Shown piece by piece: positions 58,679 to 64,000 of a DNA stretch of 64,000 bases. This stretch comes from Candidatus Binatia bacterium. Lineage in GTDB: Bacteria > Desulfobacterota > Binatia > Bin18. The stretch spans positions 2,144,001-2,208,000 of the forward strand of contig OY761159.2 in NCBI GenBank assembly GCA_963664395.2. The letters are read 5' to 3'. The notes under the pieces are model-generated. The model had not been told where the DNA came from. It saw nothing but the letters and a program-made list of their open reading frames with translations, and ran no database searches. Made by a program: the position numbers and the translations under genes. Positions within the stretch are counted from its first letter, which is position 1, and each line of letters starts with the position of its first letter.

Positions 58679-60430
58679 ATGATGCTGAGGGCGCGAACTT
58701 TCCAAAGAGTAGAGCAGGTTGTCTTATTGCTGGTCTTATCCAGCCCTCTTACCGGGCTGGCATACGGTGCTGATTCTCCCTTCATTGCCACCTCCCAGCA
58801 CGGCATGGTTGCTGCTGCGAACGCGCCGGCGAGCGAGGCTGGCGTGGACATGCTCCGCCGAGGAGGCAATGCGGTTGATGCCGCGGTTGCCTCCTCATTT
58901 GCAATCAGTGTGCTCAGGCCACAATCAACCGGAATAGGCGGCGGTGGTTTTCTGTTGCTCTATCTGGCTGAAGACCAAAAAACGTGGGCGATTGATTTCC
59001 GCGAACGGGCTCCGCTCAAAGCCACACGAGACATGTTTGTCCGGGACGGAAAAACCGTCCCCTCCCTGAGCCGAACCGGACCACTTGCCGTAGCCGTGCC
59101 GGGCATGGTCGCCGGACTGGTGGAAGTCCAGCGCCGATTTGGGCACTTGTCGCTCGAAGAGGTCATGCAGCCAGCCCTCCGTCTGGCAGAAGACGGCTTC
59201 CCTGTCTATCCGCATTTGGCCAGGGCTATAGCCTACCGGGCTGAGACGTTGGGCGCATCCGAGGCAACCCGTAGGGTATATTTCCACAACGATCAGCCGC
59301 TTGAGCAAGGTGCTCTCTTTGTCCAAAAAGACTTAGCCAGCACCCTGCGCGCCATTGCCAAGGACGGCAAAGACGCCTTTTACACCGGCCAGGTGGCAAA
59401 GGCGATTGTCGCGGAAATGCAACGGATAGGCGGCTTGCTGACCCAGGATGATTTGGATCAGTATAGCGTGATTGACCGCGCGCCGGTGACTGGAACTTTT
59501 CAGGGTGCGCGTATCGATTCTATGCCGCCGCCGAGTTCTGGGGGCGTCCTGCTTGTACAGATGCTGAATGTCTTGTCAGGATTTCCGTTACAAAAGCTCG
59601 GCTTCCAAACACCTGGAGCCACGCATATCCTGACAGAAACCCTGCGGGCGGCCTTCCGCGACAGGGCTCGCTACCTGGGCGATGCGGACTTTGTGTCGGT
59701 TCCTATTGAACGCCTCGTCTCGCCTGCATATGCACAAGACGTACGGGCGAAGATAGATGTCTCCAAAGCCACGCCCAGTCAGGGCATTCCGCAAACACCA
59801 ACAGGACAGATGGAGTCCACGAGCACGACGCATCTGTCCGCGATTGACAAAGCTGGAAACGCCGTCGCCACAACCCAGACTGTGAATTTGTATTTTGGTA
59901 GCGGGGTACTGGTTCCTGGGACCGGTATTATGCTCAACGATGAGATGGACGACTTCAACGCCCAGCCCGATCAACCCAACGCCTTTGGCCTGATCGGCAA
60001 TACGGACGCGAATGCTATTGCGCCCCGGAAAACGCCGCTGAGCAGCATGAGTCCAACCATCGTTACCCGGGACGGAAAAGTCGAACTCGTGATCGGCGGG
60101 CCAGGTGGATCGCGCATCATCAGCTCGGTACTGCAAGTCATGCTCAATGTCCTCGCCTACCAGATGTCCTTGCCGGATGCCATGTTTGCCACGCGCATTC
60201 ATCATCAGTGGTATCCGGACAGGCTGAATCTGGAAGTACAGACAGGCAGTGAATCGAACGGGCTTGCCGAAGCGCTTCAGGCTATGGGCCACAATGTGGA
60301 AGTCGTGGAATGGGGTCCCGGCAAGCGTTCCCGCTTTGGCAACATCCAGGCGATTCATGTTGACCGGGAGTCCGGTCTGATAACGGGGGTCTCCGACCCT
60401 CGTGGGGAAGGACAACCGCGCGGCTTATAG
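58679..60430 (+). CDS. ggt: Gamma-glutamyltransferase
   Basis: GGNAVDAA, DFRERAP, TTHLS, PLSSMSP and SDPRG. Confidence 0.95.
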   Translation: MMLRARTFQRVEQVVLLLVLSSPLTGLAYGADSPFIATSQHGMVAAANAPASEAGVDMLRRGGNAVDAAVASSFAISVLRPQSTGIGGGGFLLLYLAEDQKTWAIDFRERAPLKATRDMFVRDGKTVPSLSRTGPLAVAVPGMVAGLVEVQRRFGHLSLEEVMQPALRLAEDGFPVYPHLARAIAYRAETLGASEATRRVYFHNDQPLEQGALFVQKDLASTLRAIAKDGKDAFYTGQVAKAIVAEMQRIGGLLTQDDLDQYSVIDRAPVTGTFQGARIDSMPPPSSGGVLLVQMLNVLSGFPLQKLGFQTPGATHILTETLRAAFRDRARYLGDADFVSVPIERLVSPAYAQDVRAKIDVSKATPSQGIPQTPTGQMESTSTTHLSAIDKAGNAVATTQTVNLYFGSGVLVPGTGIMLNDEMDDFNAQPDQPNAFGLIGNTDANAIAPRKTPLSSMSPTIVTRDGKVELVIGGPGGSRIISSVLQVMLNVLAYQMSLPDAMFATRIHHQWYPDRLNLEVQTGSESNGLAEALQAMGHNVEVVEWGPGKRSRFGNIQAIHVDRESGLITGVSDPRGEGQPRGL

Positions 60431-60438
60431 AATAAGAA

Positions 60439-60489
60439 GTAGGGTGCGCCCTGCGCACTAAGCAAAGTGGTGCATGGGATGCACCTTAC
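60439..60489. repeat. Inverted REP-like doublet
   Basis: GTAGGGTGCGCCCTGCGCAC ... GTGCATGGGATGCACCTTAC. Confidence 0.6.
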
Positions 60490-60528
60490 AAAGGGATAAA
60501 GCCAGTTTTTGTGCGAAGGGAGTCTGCC

Positions 60529-61710
60529 GTGGCGAATTTTATTGACACCGATTTTTACCAGATTGAAGAGCTGCTGAGTGAAGAAGAACGTATGGTGCGC
60601 AATGTGGCGCGCCGTTTCGTGGATGAAGAATTCATGCCACGGGTTCAGCAGTGTTTCCGCGAAGGCTCTTTTCCCATGGAACTCGTCCCGCGACTGGCCG
60701 AGCTGGGCTTCTTGGGTATGACTGTTCCAACCGAATACGGCGGCGCCGGTATGAACAGCGTTGTCTACGGCTTGGTCAGCCAGGAGCTTGAGCGCGGGGA
60801 TAGCGGGCTCCGCTCATTCGCCAGCGTACAGTCGTCGTTGGTGATGTATCCGATTTTGACGTTCGGCTCGGAGAAGCAAAAGCAATATTGGCTACCGCGT
60901 CTGGCAAAGGCTGAGGCGATTGGCTGCTTCGGGCTGACGGAACCGGACTTTGGCTCAAATCCAAGTGGGATGATAACCCGCGCGCGGCAGGAAAACGGTG
61001 GCTATGTCCTCAATGGAACCAAGCGTTGGATCACCAATGGTTCGATCTCTGATGTGGCCGTGGTGTGGGCCAAGCTTGAAGAGGACGGTAGAGATGTCAT
61101 TCGCGGCTTCCTGGTCGAAAAAGAACGCGCCGGCTTCACGCGGCAAAACATTGACGGAAAATTCAGTTTTCGGGCGTCCGTGACCTCGGAGCTGATTTTC
61201 GAGGACTGTTGGATTCCTGAAGACAATCTTCTGCCACAATCCGGCGGCCTCAAATCCCCGCTCATGTGCCTGACCCAAGCGCGCTACGGTATTTCCTGGG
61301 GTGCGACCGGGGCGGCCATGGCCTGTTACGAGTGCGCGGTCGATTACGCCCAAAACCGCAAGATGTTCTCGCGGCCGATTGGGGGCTATCAGCTCGTGCA
61401 GGCCAAACTCGTCACCATGCTGACTGAGATCACGAAAGCGCAGCTTCTGGCCTACCGGCTGGGCCGGCTCAAAGACGCCGGCAAGATGCGGCCGGACCAG
61501 GTCAGCATGGCCAAGATGAATAATGTTTCGACCGCGTTGCACACCACGCGGCTCGCTCGGGACATTCTGGGTGGAAACGGCATCACGGATGAGTATCCGA
61601 TTATTCGGCACCTGCTTAACCTTGAGACGGTCAATACCTACGAGGGCACCGAGGATATCCACCGCCTGACGCTTGGTCGCTATATTACCGGGTTGAGTGC
61701 GTTTGAGTGA
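60529..61710 (+). CDS. Acyl-CoA dehydrogenase, glutaryl-CoA dehydrogenase-like
   Basis: GCFGLTEPDFGS, KRWITN, ARYGISWG and TYEGT. Confidence 0.88.
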   Translation: MANFIDTDFYQIEELLSEEERMVRNVARRFVDEEFMPRVQQCFREGSFPMELVPRLAELGFLGMTVPTEYGGAGMNSVVYGLVSQELERGDSGLRSFASVQSSLVMYPILTFGSEKQKQYWLPRLAKAEAIGCFGLTEPDFGSNPSGMITRARQENGGYVLNGTKRWITNGSISDVAVVWAKLEEDGRDVIRGFLVEKERAGFTRQNIDGKFSFRASVTSELIFEDCWIPEDNLLPQSGGLKSPLMCLTQARYGISWGATGAAMACYECAVDYAQNRKMFSRPIGGYQLVQAKLVTMLTEITKAQLLAYRLGRLKDAGKMRPDQVSMAKMNNVSTALHTTRLARDILGGNGITDEYPIIRHLLNLETVNTYEGTEDIHRLTLGRYITGLSAFE

Positions 61711-62435
61711 GCGCCTTAGCCTATGAGGCAAAGAGTAAACGTGCCAACAGCTTTGTATGTGTTGGAGGGCACGTTTACTCTTCGGAGCCTATTGAGGTCG
61801 TCATCGGCTCACGCACGCTGACCCTGCTCCGCGTCAAAGACCTTGAGCGGATGGTTGACCGCGAGGCCCTGCTGCAAGACGACACGGAGGAGCCGCCGTA
61901 CTGGGCCCATCTGTGGACCGGCGCGCTGACCCTGGCGCGCTATATTGACTCTTTCATCGATGTGCGAGACCAGACCGTGCTCGATCTCGGTTGTGGACTT
62001 GGGTTGACCGGCATCATCGCCGCGCAAAAAGGCGGACGGGTCACCTTTGCCGACAAAGAAGTCGACGCTGTGTCTTTTGCGCGTGAGAACGCGCGGTTAA
62101 ACGGATGTACGCAATACGAGGCGAGACCGCTCGACTTTACCCAGGATGTCCTGGATACCCGTTTCTCGCTCATCTGTGGTGCGGAGATTTTATACGATAG
62201 GCCGACCTTCCCCGCCCTGGTGCGTTTTCTCGCAACGCATCTCTCCCCCGCCGGGCGGGCAATCCTGTCTGATGCCAAACGGACGAATACCCAGGACTTT
62301 TACCAGCAGCTTGACCAAGCAGGGTTGCAATGGACCCAGGAAGAGGTGCCTGAGCGGGAAGACCACTTGCCCCTGCCCGTCACCATTGTCACCATACAAG
62401 GGGGAGAGGGAGGATACAGCAGTGGTGACGAATAG
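61707..62435 (+). CDS. Class I SAM-dependent (protein N-lysine-type) methyltransferase
   Basis: PYWAHLW, VLDLGCGLGL and GAEILY. Confidence 0.8.
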   Translation: MSALAYEAKSKRANSFVCVGGHVYSSEPIEVVIGSRTLTLLRVKDLERMVDREALLQDDTEEPPYWAHLWTGALTLARYIDSFIDVRDQTVLDLGCGLGLTGIIAAQKGGRVTFADKEVDAVSFARENARLNGCTQYEARPLDFTQDVLDTRFSLICGAEILYDRPTFPALVRFLATHLSPAGRAILSDAKRTNTQDFYQQLDQAGLQWTQEEVPEREDHLPLPVTIVTIQGGEGGYSSGDE

Positions 62436-63081
62436 AACAATTTCTCGGGTGATCGGTATCCTGCGTCACTCATCTGCGGACTGGCACGCGCCTGTTGTGA
62501 CGGAAATGGCGGGGTTTTCACGTGATCCATACCAGGTGTTGATCGCATGTCTGCTGAGTTTGCGGACCAAAGATGAAACAACCGGCCCTGCGGCACGGCG
62601 GTTGTTTGCCCTGGCTTATACGCCTGAAAAAATGGTTACCCTTACGCCAGCTCAAGTGAAGAAGGCGATTTATCCGGTTGGGTTCTATAAAACAAAGGCG
62701 CAAACCGTGCTCGATGTCTCCCAGAGGATACTTGATGCCTATGCGGGCCGAGTCCCTGACGACATAGACGAACTCTTGACTTTTAAGGGCGTGGGCCGGA
62801 AAACTGCGAATCTCGTTGTGACCCTGGGATTTCAAAAACCGGGGATTTGTGTAGACACGCACGTCCACCGCATCTCTAACCGTTGGGGGTATGTTGAAAC
62901 GGACAATCCGGAAAAGACAGAAATGGCCCTGCGTGGCATGCTGCCCAAGCGTTTCTGGATCGGCTATAACGACCTGCTGGTCGCTTTTGGACAGACCGTG
63001 TGTCATCCAACTTCACCCAAGTGTAGCGAATGTCCGATTGAGCGGTTTTGCGAAAAAATCGGGGTGGAGCGGAGTCGGTAA
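62422..63081 (+). CDS. nth: Endonuclease III
   Basis: GVGRKTANLV, VDTHVHR and C-x6-C-x2-C-x5-C. Confidence 0.93.
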   Translation: MVTNRTISRVIGILRHSSADWHAPVVTEMAGFSRDPYQVLIACLLSLRTKDETTGPAARRLFALAYTPEKMVTLTPAQVKKAIYPVGFYKTKAQTVLDVSQRILDAYAGRVPDDIDELLTFKGVGRKTANLVVTLGFQKPGICVDTHVHRISNRWGYVETDNPEKTEMALRGMLPKRFWIGYNDLLVAFGQTVCHPTSPKCSECPIERFCEKIGVERSR

Positions 63082-63088
63082 TCGATAA

Positions 63089-63116
63089 GTAGGGACGGGT
63101 TTGAAACCTCCCCTAC
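63089..63116 (+). repeat. GTAG-type REP-like palindrome (second family)
   Basis: GTAGGGACGGGTTTGAAACCTCCCCTAC. Confidence 0.7.
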
Positions 63117-63125
63117 GAGCATATT

Positions 63126-64000
63126 GTGGCACAGTCTCTCACAACTCGAGCGAAACTGATGTGGGTGGCCCTGCTGTATTTTGCCGAGGGTTTTCCATTC
63201 GGGCTCCTGTTTGATGCGTTTCCGGTGTATTTCCGGACGCATGGCATGAGCCTCACCGAAATTGGTCTGTTGAGTGTGGTGGGAGTGCCGTGGACGCTCA
63301 AGTTTCTGTGGGCACCATTGGTTGATGTATTGGGGTCGCGGCGAAGCTGGATTGTGACCTGCCAGGGCTTGCTGGCTCTCGACTTGGGCTTACTCCTTTT
63401 CCTCGACCCGACCAATATAGGCAGTCTGGCGTGGGGCGGACTCATTGCGCTTGCCATACTGTCGGCAACCCAAGACATTGCGATTGACGCCTATACGATC
63501 GAACTCCTGGACCAGACAGAAATGGGGCCTGCCAATGGGATACGAGTCAGTACCTATCGTGTCGCATTGATCGTTGCCGGGGGGATGTTTGTTGGAGCCG
63601 CTGGTCTCGTCGGTTGGCATGTGGCATTTCTGGCTGCTGCTGTCCTCTTCGCCGTACTGGCACTGGTCTCAAGTCAAATGCCTCGTATCGCGCAGGGACC
63701 ACAACGTACGCAGTATACTCAATCTTGGTCCACTGCGCTCACACACGGGTTCCTCAACCCGCTCAAGAGTTTTTGGCGGCGGCCTGGCGTTATTGCGGTC
63801 CTTCTCTTTGTGCTGCTCTTCAAACTCGGGGATATGGCATTGGGGCCGATGGTCCGGCCGTTCTGGGTGGACCGGGAGTTTACGCCGCTTCAGATAGGCA
63901 TTATTCCGGGAACGGTTGGCGTCGCCAGTACGATTCTCGGAGCGTTGCTCGGCGGTCGTCTCACCAAACAATGGGGGCTTTTTCGCGCATTGTGGGTATT
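63126..64000 (+). CDS. AmpG-like MFS permease (runs off the window end)
   Basis: LLYFAEGFP, PWTLKFLWAPLVD and SATQDIAIDAY. Confidence 0.88.
   Translation, partial: MAQSLTTRAKLMWVALLYFAEGFPFGLLFDAFPVYFRTHGMSLTEIGLLSVVGVPWTLKFLWAPLVDVLGSRRSWIVTCQGLLALDLGLLLFLDPTNIGSLAWGGLIALAILSATQDIAIDAYTIELLDQTEMGPANGIRVSTYRVALIVAGGMFVGAAGLVGWHVAFLAAAVLFAVLALVSSQMPRIAQGPQRTQYTQSWSTALTHGFLNPLKSFWRRPGVIAVLLFVLLFKLGDMALGPMVRPFWVDREFTPLQIGIIPGTVGVASTILGALLGGRLTKQWGLFRALWV

Overview
A 64-kb bacterial chromosome window that includes the replication origin. The gene content and order (hemL-atpZIBE, dnaA-dnaN-gyrB-gyrA, glcDEF, many MaoC/thiolase genes) suggest a deltaproteobacterial-grade lineage such as Binatia, but that is inference only. 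The left half (1-32.7 kb) is accessory DNA. It starts with the end of a gspJ-gspK operon and a type ISP-like RM gene. A REP-rich mosaic follows, containing HEPN, HicBA, a palindrome-bracketed GIY-YIG gene, gene scraps and an orphan PD-(D/E)XK protein. Next come a porin between two related predicted sRNAs, and a czcCBA-type efflux operon bounded by a 70-bp direct repeat. A partial urease cluster (ureB remnant, ureG, ureD, ureE-F) is split at the ureE 5' end by a ~10.9-kb defence island with no integrase. The island holds a type I RM system and an inverted-repeat-bounded GxxExxY mini-element. It also holds an array of cassettes (HicAB; an Ec67-like retron with its ncRNA; small ORF + ClpP-like protease + Panacea/SocA; a second HicAB), each preceded by a copy of the hsdS 3' end. 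The right half is mostly housekeeping: tRNA-Arg(CCT), an oriC with ten perfect DnaA boxes in tandem at an 11-bp period, and a probable selenocysteine peroxiredoxin. All calls come from reading motifs by eye; no database search was run.
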